NCBI GenBank assembly: GCA_947305865.1
Contig: CAMZEU010000003.1
Span: forward strand, 1-58,855
Length of the DNA: 58,855 nt
Reading direction: 5' to 3'
Origin: an uncultured Clostridia bacterium
GTDB taxonomy: Bacteria > Bacillota > Clostridia > Christensenellales > CAG-917
The notes beneath the pieces were generated by a model. That model made no database searches. It worked only from the letters and a program-made list of their open reading frames with translations, and was not told the DNA's origin. Positions 45,998 to 54,758 of this stretch are shown piece by piece (within the stretch, counting starts at the first letter, position 1; the number at the start of each line of letters is the position of its first letter). Position numbers and translations under genes: made by a program.

Positions 45998-48447
45998 TAT
46001 CTTGCCCTCAACTTATATACCTTCTTGTACGCGAATATTATTGGTAATAAGGAATAATATGCGCTTAATGCAAGACCAACAATTATTACAACCCAAATGT
46101 TTTGTAAGAAGATTGGCCATGCAATTTCGAAATACAATCCAAATAATGCTATAGCATTAAGGAGTGCTGCATATAGAGCAAACAATGCTGCAAATGATAC
46201 AACAAATGTGATTGTACCAATTAAAGTGTGCTCTATCAATTCTGAGCTAAATAACATCTTCTTAGACATACCAGCACACATCAACATTTCTCTTTCACCT
46301 TGTCTCAATGCGTGTGCAACCATATCTGAAGAACTTAATGATACTGCTATCATTAACATAATAATACCAGCAAGAATTCCAATCATAAGGAATACGTTAT
46401 TTAAGAAGCTGATATCAAATTTATACATATCCATCAAAGCTGCTGCATAGTAGTTGTGTTCACCAGCATATTTACTTCTAATGATATTAACTACTTCAGT
46501 TGGAGTTGTATCAGACTTTGTGGTAATCATTGTGTTATTTGTCTTAATATCAAATTGTGCCAACAAAGTGTTTGGTGGAACAATAATATAATTACCAACG
46601 AATAATGGGGATGAAAGAATACCTCCAACTTCAAGTTGTTTCTCTTTTCCTTCTATTGAGATAGTAACCATATCTCCCACATTTACACCATTAAGTCTAT
46701 GGAAGGCTTTATCTATGAAGATATAATGATCTCCATCTATCTTTGTTTCTATTTCACCTCTAGAAGTTATGAAATCGAATTTGAATACATCTAAAACATT
46801 TGCTGCACCAACTAATCTCATTGCCTTCTCTTTTCCTTTATTAGTTGTAAGTTTTGCTTCACCCCAATAAATTTGGAAAGCTTTTTCAACTCCTTCAGTT
46901 TGAACTAATATATCCCTGTCTTCTTCAGTTGTATTTGTAACAAATACAATATTCTTGAAATCATTTGTATATCCTGTAAATACAGTTGTAGTCATCTTCC
47001 AGATGCCAAACATTAACATAATAGCAACCAAACCAACTGCTAGTAATCTTCCAGCTGCTACACTTTGTTTGTTCTTTGTTATAGACATAGCTGCAACTCG
47101 TATAGATGCTTTTGCATCTCTATTCTTAACAAATGGTTTTACAGAAAGTTTTAATATTGCTGGCATAATAATTGCTACATCTAAAATTATGAGCACCAAA
47201 GCAATAATACCCATAATTCCATACAATGGACGAACTGTGAAGCTTAATGCCAATGAAACAACTGTTAATACACCTAATACACTTGGCAAGATGTATGCTA
47301 GCGGGGTCTTCTTACTTGAATCTGTAATATTATCTCTAACTGTTCCCTTGAATGCTTTGAGCATAGGATAACTGCCGAATACCATAGTTAGTACAAATCC
47401 GATTATTAATGATGCAATAATCTTCCATGCAATAATCTTGAACATGGACAATGATCCAGCAAGAGCATATAGTACTGCAGCATGTAAACCTGCAGCGAAG
47501 CCAACACCAACCACCATACCAAATAAAGCAGTAATTGCTAATTCAAGCAAGAATATTCCTGCTATTTGTTTTTTGCTTGCACCAATAATAGACAACTTTG
47601 CAATATAGTCTCTCTTTTCATTTGTGGATAGTAAGAGAATAATTGCTATACCGAATACAGCAAGGATCATAACAGCAACACCAACCATTTGAACTGTTGC
47701 TGCAAAACTTGTTGCATTTTGTTGTATCTTTTCATATTGAATACTTTGTTCAACTATAACCTTTTCAAACTTAGGTTCTTGTGCAAGGATTCTAACTAAT
47801 TCCTCATTAGAAACACCTGGCTTTGCCTTGACATAAAGGTTGTTATATATCTCTGTTTCTGCACCAATAATAATTCTTGAAATACCTTTAACATTTGTGA
47901 TTACAACAGGAATTCCTGAGCCACCAAAATATCCAGTATCTTCTGCAATAACAGCAACTGTAAATGGATACTCAATATCGTTTGTTCCTTTGAATATCAT
48001 GGTGTCTCCAAGTCTTAGATTGAAGTACTTTGCCGTTGAATAAGATATAATAACATCATCCGAATATTTGATATCATCCATACTGCCGTATTTTGCAGTA
48101 ATGGCATTTAAACTATCCAATTTGCCCTCTTGAAACCCTCTTAATGAAACATATTCATTATTAAAGAGCCAGTAGAATTCTAACGATGGAGAGACATCTT
48201 CTACCTCTTCATGGTTCTTTGCTGCGTCTATTGTTATGGTCTTATCTCCGTTTGGAGAATACCTAATATGTACGCCATATTCTGTTCCAGTATTTGCTAT
48301 TGGTGTCCTACAAATATAGTCATAAATAGCATCCTTAAAAGAGAGGATTAGGAATATAGCTGCAATAGAAATTGCAACAGCAACTACGGTAGCTAATGTT
48401 CTTCCAATTTTGGATATAACATTTCTATACGCTAGCTTGGCTATCAT
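45997..48447 (-). CDS. Duplicated FtsX-domain ABC permease (about 10 TM, two roughly 200-aa extracytoplasmic domains; YbbP/MacB-like, type VII)
   Basis: 816 aa with a 4+2+4 hydrophobic-segment layout. Large loops follow TM1 and TM7. 23-nt overlap with the ATPase gene. Confidence 0.8.
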   Translation of the reverse strand: MIAKLAYRNVISKIGRTLATVVAVAISIAAIFLILSFKDAIYDYICRTPIANTGTEYGVHIRYSPNGDKTITIDAAKNHEEVEDVSPSLEFYWLFNNEYVSLRGFQEGKLDSLNAITAKYGSMDDIKYSDDVIISYSTAKYFNLRLGDTMIFKGTNDIEYPFTVAVIAEDTGYFGGSGIPVVITNVKGISRIIIGAETEIYNNLYVKAKPGVSNEELVRILAQEPKFEKVIVEQSIQYEKIQQNATSFAATVQMVGVAVMILAVFGIAIILLLSTNEKRDYIAKLSIIGASKKQIAGIFLLELAITALFGMVVGVGFAAGLHAAVLYALAGSLSMFKIIAWKIIASLIIGFVLTMVFGSYPMLKAFKGTVRDNITDSSKKTPLAYILPSVLGVLTVVSLALSFTVRPLYGIMGIIALVLIILDVAIIMPAILKLSVKPFVKNRDAKASIRVAAMSITKNKQSVAAGRLLAVGLVAIMLMFGIWKMTTTVFTGYTNDFKNIVFVTNTTEEDRDILVQTEGVEKAFQIYWGEAKLTTNKGKEKAMRLVGAANVLDVFKFDFITSRGEIETKIDGDHYIFIDKAFHRLNGVNVGDMVTISIEGKEKQLEVGGILSSPLFVGNYIIVPPNTLLAQFDIKTNNTMITTKSDTTPTEVVNIIRSKYAGEHNYYAAALMDMYKFDISFLNNVFLMIGILAGIIMLMIAVSLSSSDMVAHALRQGEREMLMCAGMSKKMLFSSELIEHTLIGTITFVVSFAALFALYAALLNAIALFGLYFEIAWPIFLQNIWVVIIVGLALSAYYSLLPIIFAYKKVYKLRAR

Positions 48448-49120
48448 CTACTTTCCCATCCTTTACTCTTACTATTCTTGTGGCATATTCTGCGTGTGCT
48501 GGTGAATGTGTTACCATAACCAATGCCACTTTCTTTTCTTCGTTGAGTTTCTTCAACATTTCCATAACTTCTTGACCTCTTTGGCTATCCAATGCGCCAG
48601 TAGGTTCATCTAAAAATACAAGTTTTGGATTACATACTATTGCACGAGCGATGGCAACTCTTTGTTGTTCACCGCCACTACATTCTCTCGGAAGACTATC
48701 TGCCCTCTTAGAGATGTTAAGGTAGTCCATTATCTCTTTTACTCTTTCTTTGTATGTAGATTCTTTTTGCCCGTCTAACGAAAGAGGAAGGATAACATTC
48801 TCATAACATGTTAAATTTGGAACTAGATTATGGAATTGGTATACGAATGTGAAATAGGTTCTTCTCATCTTTGCCATTTCATCATCTGTCATCTTTGTGA
48901 TGTCTTTACCACAAATCTCAACAGAACCTTCTGTTGGTGTTTCCATTCCTGCTAAGCAATATAAAAGTGTGGACTTACCACTACCACTTTCACCAAGTAT
49001 TGCAACGAATTCACCTTCGTCTACTCTAAAATCTATTCCTTTTAAAATTTCAGTTGGAACAGGCTTTTCAAAAGTCTTCTTTATTCCTTTTGCTAATAAG
49101 ATTGTTTTCTCTTCTTCCAT
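48425..49120 (-). CDS. ABC transporter ATP-binding protein (MacB/LolD-like)
   Basis: Walker [10 protein letters not shown], signature [14 protein letters not shown], Walker [15 protein letters not shown] 49120 follows GGGAGA. Confidence 0.88.
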   Translation of the reverse strand: MEEEKTILLAKGIKKTFEKPVPTEILKGIDFRVDEGEFVAILGESGSGKSTLLYCLAGMETPTEGSVEICGKDITKMTDDEMAKMRRTYFTFVYQFHNLVPNLTCYENVILPLSLDGQKESTYKERVKEIMDYLNISKRADSLPRECSGGEQQRVAIARAIVCNPKLVFLDEPTGALDSQRGQEVMEMLKKLNEEKKVALVMVTHSPAHAEYATRIVRVKDGKVDDSQASV

Positions 49121-49148
49121 TTGATTATCTCCCAATTTAGTACTTTTA

Positions 49149-49177
49149 ATTTTATTAGAAAAAAATTAAATATTCAA
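49149..49177 (-). promoter_or_regulatory. Sigma-70-type promoter of the FtsX-ABC operon
   Basis: Minus strand TTGAAT (49172-49177), 17 nt, TAAAAT (49149-49154). Confidence 0.45.
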
Positions 49178-49201
49178 GATTTATAGAATATATGTTATAA
49201 T
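49173..49201 (+). promoter_or_regulatory. Sigma-70-type promoter with extended -10 for the YhhN-family gene (probably a leaderless mRNA)
   Basis: TTCAAG (49173-49178), 17 nt, TGtTATAAT (-10 at 49196-49201). Only 6 nt separate the -10 from the ATG at 49208, and there is no SD. Confidence 0.45.
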
Positions 49202-49207
49202 TTTTGT

Positions 49208-49930
49208 ATGAATAGTGTTTTGCTTGGATTTTCTATAGCCTTTTTTGTACTTGTTATACCTGCAATAGTATTAACTTGTATTTTTGATTATAAGCAAAAA
49301 ATGCTTCTAAAAACTATTTGCAAAGGGATAGCATCTCTTTGCATAGTAATTGGTTGTATCTTTGCAATAACTTCAGATAACTTAGGAATCACAACAACAA
49401 AACTACTTTTCCTTTTTGCAACCATTTGTGCTTTATTGGGAGATATATTCTTAAGTGAATTTGCCTCAGGCAAAACAAAAGATATATTCACTGCTCTTGG
49501 ATTACTTGCCTTTGTGGCAACACATTTACTATACATATCTGCTTTCTTAACATCTGCAAGTCATATCTCCAAATACTTGGTATTTGCACCTGTGGTTGGA
49601 CTGATAGCGATTATAACTCTTGTCGTTGTTAAAATTATTAAATGTCCAAATGTCATTACTACTGTTGGAGTAGTAATTTACTCTGTAATTGCCTTCCTTA
49701 TGGTTGGATCAGCTGCAAATGCAGTAGACTATGGTGGTGTTCCATATCCAGCTTTAGCAACCTTTGGAGCATTGTTATTCTTATTTAGTGATGTAATACT
49801 AAGTATTATGAACTTCAATGAGAAAGCAAAAACTCAAAGAAAGATTTTGTTCCCTATTGTCCTTGTGTTATACTATGTGGGACAAATGTTTATAGTATAT
49901 TCATTGGTAATGTGGTCATGGATAAAATAA
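49208..49930 (+). CDS. YhhN-family membrane protein (lysoplasmalogenase-like)
   Basis: About 8 hydrophobic helices with LLGDIFLS and LFLFSDVILS motifs. Confidence 0.65.
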   Translation: MNSVLLGFSIAFFVLVIPAIVLTCIFDYKQKMLLKTICKGIASLCIVIGCIFAITSDNLGITTTKLLFLFATICALLGDIFLSEFASGKTKDIFTALGLLAFVATHLLYISAFLTSASHISKYLVFAPVVGLIAIITLVVVKIIKCPNVITTVGVVIYSVIAFLMVGSAANAVDYGGVPYPALATFGALLFLFSDVILSIMNFNEKAKTQRKILFPIVLVLYYVGQMFIVYSLVMWSWIK

Positions 49931-50505
49931 TTAGTGTTGAAGACGAAATAGAATATTTAAAAAGTTTAGGTTCTTTCACAAAGCCTAAGTTACTTATGCA
50001 TGCTTGTTGTGCTCCATGCTCTACACATTGTGTAGACTACTTATATCCATATTTTGACATTACACTTTTCTATTACAACCCAAATATTATGCCTTATGAA
50101 GAATGGGTAAAAAGAGGTCAAGAGTTTGAAAAACTCTTAGCAAGATATCCAGAAGTTAAATTGGTAGTTCCAGAGCAATCTAATACCACATTCTTAGAAA
50201 AGGTACAAGGATTCGAAAAATGCCCTGAAGGCGGAGATAGATGTGCTCTATGTTTTAATCTTAGATTAAACGAAACAGCCAAATATGCAAAGAATGGTTT
50301 TGATTTCTTTACAACAACTTTAACAGTAAGCCCACATAAGAATGCATCTCTCATAAATGACATAGGAAATACAGTTGCTCTCCTTAATGGAGTAAACTAT
50401 TTAGAATCTAACTTTAAAAAGAAAAATGGATACCTAAGATCCATTCAACTTTGTGCCGAACTTGGCATATATAGACAAAACTATTGCGGTTGCAAGTTTG
50501 ACTAA
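49918..50505 (+). CDS. queH: Epoxyqueuosine reductase QueH
   Basis: LLMHACCAPCS motif plus downstream CALC and CGC cysteines. ATG at 49918 overlaps the end of the upstream gene. Confidence 0.85.
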   Translation: MDKIISVEDEIEYLKSLGSFTKPKLLMHACCAPCSTHCVDYLYPYFDITLFYYNPNIMPYEEWVKRGQEFEKLLARYPEVKLVVPEQSNTTFLEKVQGFEKCPEGGDRCALCFNLRLNETAKYAKNGFDFFTTTLTVSPHKNASLINDIGNTVALLNGVNYLESNFKKKNGYLRSIQLCAELGIYRQNYCGCKFD

Positions 50506-50507
50506 TA

Positions 50508-52898
50508 TTATTTCCCTAATTTGCTAAATATCTCTTCTGAGTAACGGACTGTCTCCATTGCATCTTTTGCATATTTGTCTGCACCAATCTTTCTTGCATA
50601 TTCCTCTGTAAGTACAGCACCACCAACAACCACTTTGCACCATGGGGCTTGTTCTCTAAGCAATTTAATTGTGTCTTCCATAGCAGGAACTGTTGTAGTC
50701 ATTAATGCTGACAAACCACACAATGGGGCATGTGTTTTTACAACCTCATCTACTATTGCTTTTGGAGGCACATCTTTGCCTAAATCTATTACATTAAATC
50801 CGTAATTTTCTAATAAAAGTTTTACGATATTTTTACCAATATCATGAATGTCTCCAAATACGGTTGCAATCACAAACGTACACTTCACGCTACTATTTTG
50901 AACTGTAGAACTATCTTTTATGACATTAAATGCTTGTTTCGCAGCTTCAGCACTTAAGAGTAATTGTGGCAAATAAATCGTCTTATTTTCATATCCTTTA
51001 CCTACTTCATCAAGAGCAGGAATAACCTCATTATTTATGATATCTAAGGCTGATTTTGTCTTAAGCAATTCCTCAGTTTTTACCTTTGCTTCATCCTTCA
51101 ATCCTCTTATAATTGCATCGGATAATGTCTTTGCCACAACTCCATTTGTATTGCTTTCTATTGTCCTATTAATAATGTTCTTTATAAATCCTTGATACTT
51201 CTCAATATCCTCTTGTGTGCCATTCTCACTATTGTATGAACACATTACTTCCATCACTGGTTTTGAAAATGGATTCATTATTGCTGCATTTAGACCACTA
51301 TCCAAAGCCATACTCAAGAAGGCTGCATTTATGCTTTCTCTATCTGGCAAACCAAAGGATACATTAGATATTCCAAGAGAGGTATTACATCCAGTCTTTT
51401 CTTTAATGAGTTTTAATGCGTTTACAGTCTTTGTGCCAGCATCTGGATCTACACTCATTGTCATGCAAAGAGTATCAAAGATTAAATCTTCTTTCTTTAT
51501 ACCATATTTCTCTGCTTCACTTAGAATCTTAAGAGCAATTTCAAGTCTTCCCTCTGGAGTTTGTGGAATTCCATTTTCATCTAGTGTTAAAGCAATAATT
51601 GCACCACCATATTTCTTTGCGAGTGGGAATACTGCTTCCATACTTTCTTTCTTTCCGTTTACAGAGTTTATTAATGCCTTACCATTATATATCCTTAATG
51701 CTTTCTCCATAGCATCTTTATTGGATGTATCTATTTGTAATGGAAGGTCTACAATTTCTTGCAATCTTGTAACTGTATTTGGAAGAACTTCTGTTTCGTT
51801 TATATCTGGTATACCAACGTTAACATCTAAGATATCTGCACCACATTCACTTTGAGATATACCTTCTTGCAAAATATATCCTATATCGTTTTCTATAAGT
51901 GCTTGTTTAAATCTTTTCTTTCCTGTTGGATTAATTCTTTCACCAATAATTAATGGTCTGCTTCCAAATCTAACTTCTTTTGAGTTAGAACTAATATGTG
52001 TTAATCCCTTATATGTCACTTTGCTTACAGGCTTGTCTTTAATCAAGGCGCTTAATAGTTCAATATACTTAGGAGTTGTCCCACAACAGCCACCAGCAAC
52101 TCTAACGCCCTTTGATACCATCCTTGCGACACTGCTTGCAAAATCTTTTGCTGTTACGTCATATACAGTCTTTCCATCCACACTCTTTGGCATTCCGGCA
52201 TTAGGCATGAATATAACTGGCAAGGATGAAACCTCTAACAATTTCTCAATAACATCTTCTAAGTCTTTTGGTCCAAATGAACAGTTCGCACCTATGCCAT
52301 CTACACCTAATCCTTCAAGCATACAAGCCATTGAATATGGTGTTGCACCTGTCATAAGTTTACTGTCCTCGTTATATGCATTTGTAACAAAAACAGGCAA
52401 TGAACTGTTCTCTTTGACTGCAAGAACTGCCGATTTGGTTTCATAAGCATCATTCATCGTTTGTATGAATATTAGATCCGCTCCATACTTTTCGACCAAT
52501 CTTACGGTCTTTGCAAACACCTCAACAGCATCTTCAAATTTCAAATCGCCATAAGGCTCTAAAAGTTTCCCTGTTGGTCCAATATCTACTGCAACAAACT
52601 TATCTTGCTTGCCTGTTGAGAGGTCTCTGGCCTTCTTAACATTATCTATAGCAGCCTTTACAACTGCATCTAATTCTTCTTCGTTATATCTTAAGATATT
52701 AGCTCCAAACGTATTAGCAGAGACCACATTGGCTCCTGCATCATAATAGGCCTTATGTAAGTTAATTAAAACATCTGAATGAGTTATATTCCATCTTTCA
52801 GGCAATTCTCCAACTTGCAACCCAGCCTTTTGTAATTCGGTTCCTGTTGCACCATCTAAGATCACATTGTTGTTTTTTAAGAATTCCCTAAAGTCCAT
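50508..52898 (-). CDS. metH: Cobalamin-dependent methionine synthase core (Hcy-binding + pterin-binding + B12 cap/binding), no activation domain
   Basis: LDGATGTELQ and GGCCGT (Hcy domain), pterin-binding TIM region, DIHDIGKNIV (DxHxxG B12 motif). Start at MDFREF after AGAGGA. Confidence 0.85.
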   Translation of the reverse strand: MDFREFLKNNNVILDGATGTELQKAGLQVGELPERWNITHSDVLINLHKAYYDAGANVVSANTFGANILRYNEEELDAVVKAAIDNVKKARDLSTGKQDKFVAVDIGPTGKLLEPYGDLKFEDAVEVFAKTVRLVEKYGADLIFIQTMNDAYETKSAVLAVKENSSLPVFVTNAYNEDSKLMTGATPYSMACMLEGLGVDGIGANCSFGPKDLEDVIEKLLEVSSLPVIFMPNAGMPKSVDGKTVYDVTAKDFASSVARMVSKGVRVAGGCCGTTPKYIELLSALIKDKPVSKVTYKGLTHISSNSKEVRFGSRPLIIGERINPTGKKRFKQALIENDIGYILQEGISQSECGADILDVNVGIPDINETEVLPNTVTRLQEIVDLPLQIDTSNKDAMEKALRIYNGKALINSVNGKKESMEAVFPLAKKYGGAIIALTLDENGIPQTPEGRLEIALKILSEAEKYGIKKEDLIFDTLCMTMSVDPDAGTKTVNALKLIKEKTGCNTSLGISNVSFGLPDRESINAAFLSMALDSGLNAAIMNPFSKPVMEVMCSYNSENGTQEDIEKYQGFIKNIINRTIESNTNGVVAKTLSDAIIRGLKDEAKVKTEELLKTKSALDIINNEVIPALDEVGKGYENKTIYLPQLLLSAEAAKQAFNVIKDSSTVQNSSVKCTFVIATVFGDIHDIGKNIVKLLLENYGFNVIDLGKDVPPKAIVDEVVKTHAPLCGLSALMTTTVPAMEDTIKLLREQAPWCKVVVGGAVLTEEYARKIGADKYAKDAMETVRYSEEIFSKLGK

Positions 52899-52899
52899 A

Positions 52900-53553
52900 T
52901 TATCCTCTAAATTCACAATTCTTGGATGAACAATCTGCACATCCCTTATTGCCATTCTTCTTGCCTATTCCAATAATACCTGTAACGGATTTAGATGGAG
53001 ACATTAATAAGCTATCATTTAAAGTTACACCAATATTCTTTTCTGGTTTCAAGAGTACAAATACCTCTTTTTGATAACTTAAAGATAAATCTCCAAAACC
53101 AGGAGAGAAACGATTTGCCAACTCTACTCCATTCTCTTTTTTGTATTGTTCTTCGAAATAATCTAAAAATGATTCTATTCTTTCTGTGCCTATTGCTTGG
53201 AATATTAAAGCCTTTGAAGGTTCTATTGCTGAATACCTTCTTATTAGCTTGTCTATACCAACACCCATTGTGCTTGCAAAGATTAATGCCTTACATGAAT
53301 ATGCCAGAACTCTAGCAAGTCCAGCACTTTGGAACTTAAAGACGCCAAAATCTACACCATCTTCTTCTACTTTTATATCTTCCAAAGCATAACAAATTGA
53401 GAACTTTAATGCTTTAGCATTATCTGCTTCTTCTAGACACTTATCTATTAAAGCTTTTAAGCCATCATCTAAAGTTTTAGCACCTGCATATCTTGCTATC
53501 TCTTTATAGTTTACAGGTATATCTGTATATTCTACTTTGAAAATCTCGTTCAT
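52900..53553 (-). CDS. Stand-alone methionine synthase reactivation (AdoMet-binding activation) domain protein
   Basis: 217 aa. The C-terminal RFSPGFGDLSLSYQKEVFVLL...MSPSKSVTGIIGI resembles the MetH activation-domain pattern. Flanked by metF and metH. Confidence 0.6.
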   Translation of the reverse strand: MNEIFKVEYTDIPVNYKEIARYAGAKTLDDGLKALIDKCLEEADNAKALKFSICYALEDIKVEEDGVDFGVFKFQSAGLARVLAYSCKALIFASTMGVGIDKLIRRYSAIEPSKALIFQAIGTERIESFLDYFEEQYKKENGVELANRFSPGFGDLSLSYQKEVFVLLKPEKNIGVTLNDSLLMSPSKSVTGIIGIGKKNGNKGCADCSSKNCEFRG

Positions 53554-54431
53554 TATTTACCTATGATATCTGATAAATTCTTTTGAATTTTAGCTGCAAC
53601 ATCTGGTTTGTTCATAGTATATACGTGAACATTTGTTATACCATTTGCATAAAGGTCTATAATTTGGTCTGTGGCATATGCAATACCAGCTTGTTTCATT
53701 GCATCTGGATCATCTCCAAATCTATCCACAAGGCTTCTGAATCTCTTAGGCATAAAAGAACCAGAGAGTTTTATTGCTCTGTCCACTTGCTTTGCATTTG
53801 TTATAGGCATAATACCAGCAATAATTGGTACATTTATTCCAGCTTCTCTAATCTTGTATAAGAAAGCATATAAGAGATCATTATCAAAGAACATTTGTGT
53901 TGTTAAGAAGTCTACGCCAGCATCGACCTTTTCTTTTAGGTGTATAATATCATCTTTGCTATTTGTACTTTCTGGATGTCCTTCTGGATAACAAGCTGCA
54001 CCGATACAGAAATTAGCGCCACTTGCTTTTATATCTCTTACTAATTGAACAGCATATTGATAATCCCATTTGGATCTGTCCTCATTAATCTTATCTTCTG
54101 GGATATCTCCACGAAGTGCCATTACATTCTCAATTCCACTGTCTAGAATATCTTGGATTTTCTCTTTTATGGATTCTTTGCTAGATGAGACACAAGTTAA
54201 GTGTGCAAGAGTTTCTACTTGATATTTTTCTTTTATGTTCTTTGCAATATCCAAGGTATACTTGCTTGTTCCACCACCGGCTCCGTATGTGACACTTACA
54301 AAAGATGGATGCAATTGTGCAATCTTTTCTATAGATTCTTCTACTATATCAAAACTATCTTGTGTTTTAGGTGGGAATACTTCAAAAGATAGGGATAATT
54401 CTTTTCTGTTTAAAATTTCTATAAGTCTCAT
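53553..54431 (-). CDS. metF: Methylenetetrahydrofolate reductase
   Basis: SFEVFPPKT and VTYGAGGGT motifs, 292 aa. Confidence 0.88.
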   Translation of the reverse strand: MRLIEILNRKELSLSFEVFPPKTQDSFDIVEESIEKIAQLHPSFVSVTYGAGGGTSKYTLDIAKNIKEKYQVETLAHLTCVSSSKESIKEKIQDILDSGIENVMALRGDIPEDKINEDRSKWDYQYAVQLVRDIKASGANFCIGAACYPEGHPESTNSKDDIIHLKEKVDAGVDFLTTQMFFDNDLLYAFLYKIREAGINVPIIAGIMPITNAKQVDRAIKLSGSFMPKRFRSLVDRFGDDPDAMKQAGIAYATDQIIDLYANGITNVHVYTMNKPDVAAKIQKNLSDIIGK

Positions 54432-54512
54432 ATATTTTGCCTTTTTTATAATTTTATTTGCAAAAATTATAACATTATATAACTTTGTTAGTCAATGAAG
54501 GCATATCCTATG

Positions 54513-54541
54513 TTGACAATTTACCCACTAAATAATAATAT
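54513..54541 (+). promoter_or_regulatory. Sigma-70-type promoter of the cobalamin-riboswitch transcript
   Basis: TTGACA (54513-54518), 17 nt, TAATAT (54536-54541). Confidence 0.55.
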
Positions 54542-54554
54542 GATCGTAGTATAA

Positions 54555-54651
54555 AGCGTAACTGAGTCTGAAATATGGAAAGCAGGGAAAGCATGGTGCA
54601 ATTCCGTCACAACAGCCATTACGGTTATAGTCCGATAGCCTGCCTTACGCT
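54555..54651 (+). promoter_or_regulatory. Cobalamin riboswitch aptamer (short form)
   Basis: P1 is AGCGUAA / UUACGCU. Core AGGGAAAGCAUGGUGCAAUUCCGUCAC matches the GGGAA...GGUG.AA.UCC consensus. B12-box-like AGUCCGAUAGCCUGCC. Confidence 0.75.
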
Positions 54652-54656
54652 AAACT

Positions 54657-54705
54657 GAGATTATCCCTTGGGCAATTGAAGAAAAGATAATCTCTTGTTT
54701 TCGTT
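54657..54705 (+). terminator. Riboswitch expression-platform terminator
   Basis: 9-bp stem GAGAUUAUC / GAUAAUCUC followed by UUGUUUUCGUU. Confidence 0.65.
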
Positions 54706-54718
54706 ATGAAAACTATTT

Positions 54719-54740
54719 TGCCCATTAAATGGGCATTTTT
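54719..54740 (+). terminator. Second terminator-like hairpin immediately upstream of the RBS
   Basis: UGCCCAU-UAA-AUGGGCA followed by UUUUU, about 6 nt before AAAGAGGUG. Confidence 0.45.
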
Positions 54741-54758
54741 AATATAAAGAGGTGAACT

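Noticed and set aside
54432-54512. Minus-strand promoter for metF (TTGACT ... TGtTATAAT) and a possible SAM riboswitch or T-box.
   Set aside because: The -35/-10 spacing is 19 nt, which is suboptimal, so I do not list it as a feature. The leader is far too short for an S-box or T-box, and no conserved motifs are visible.
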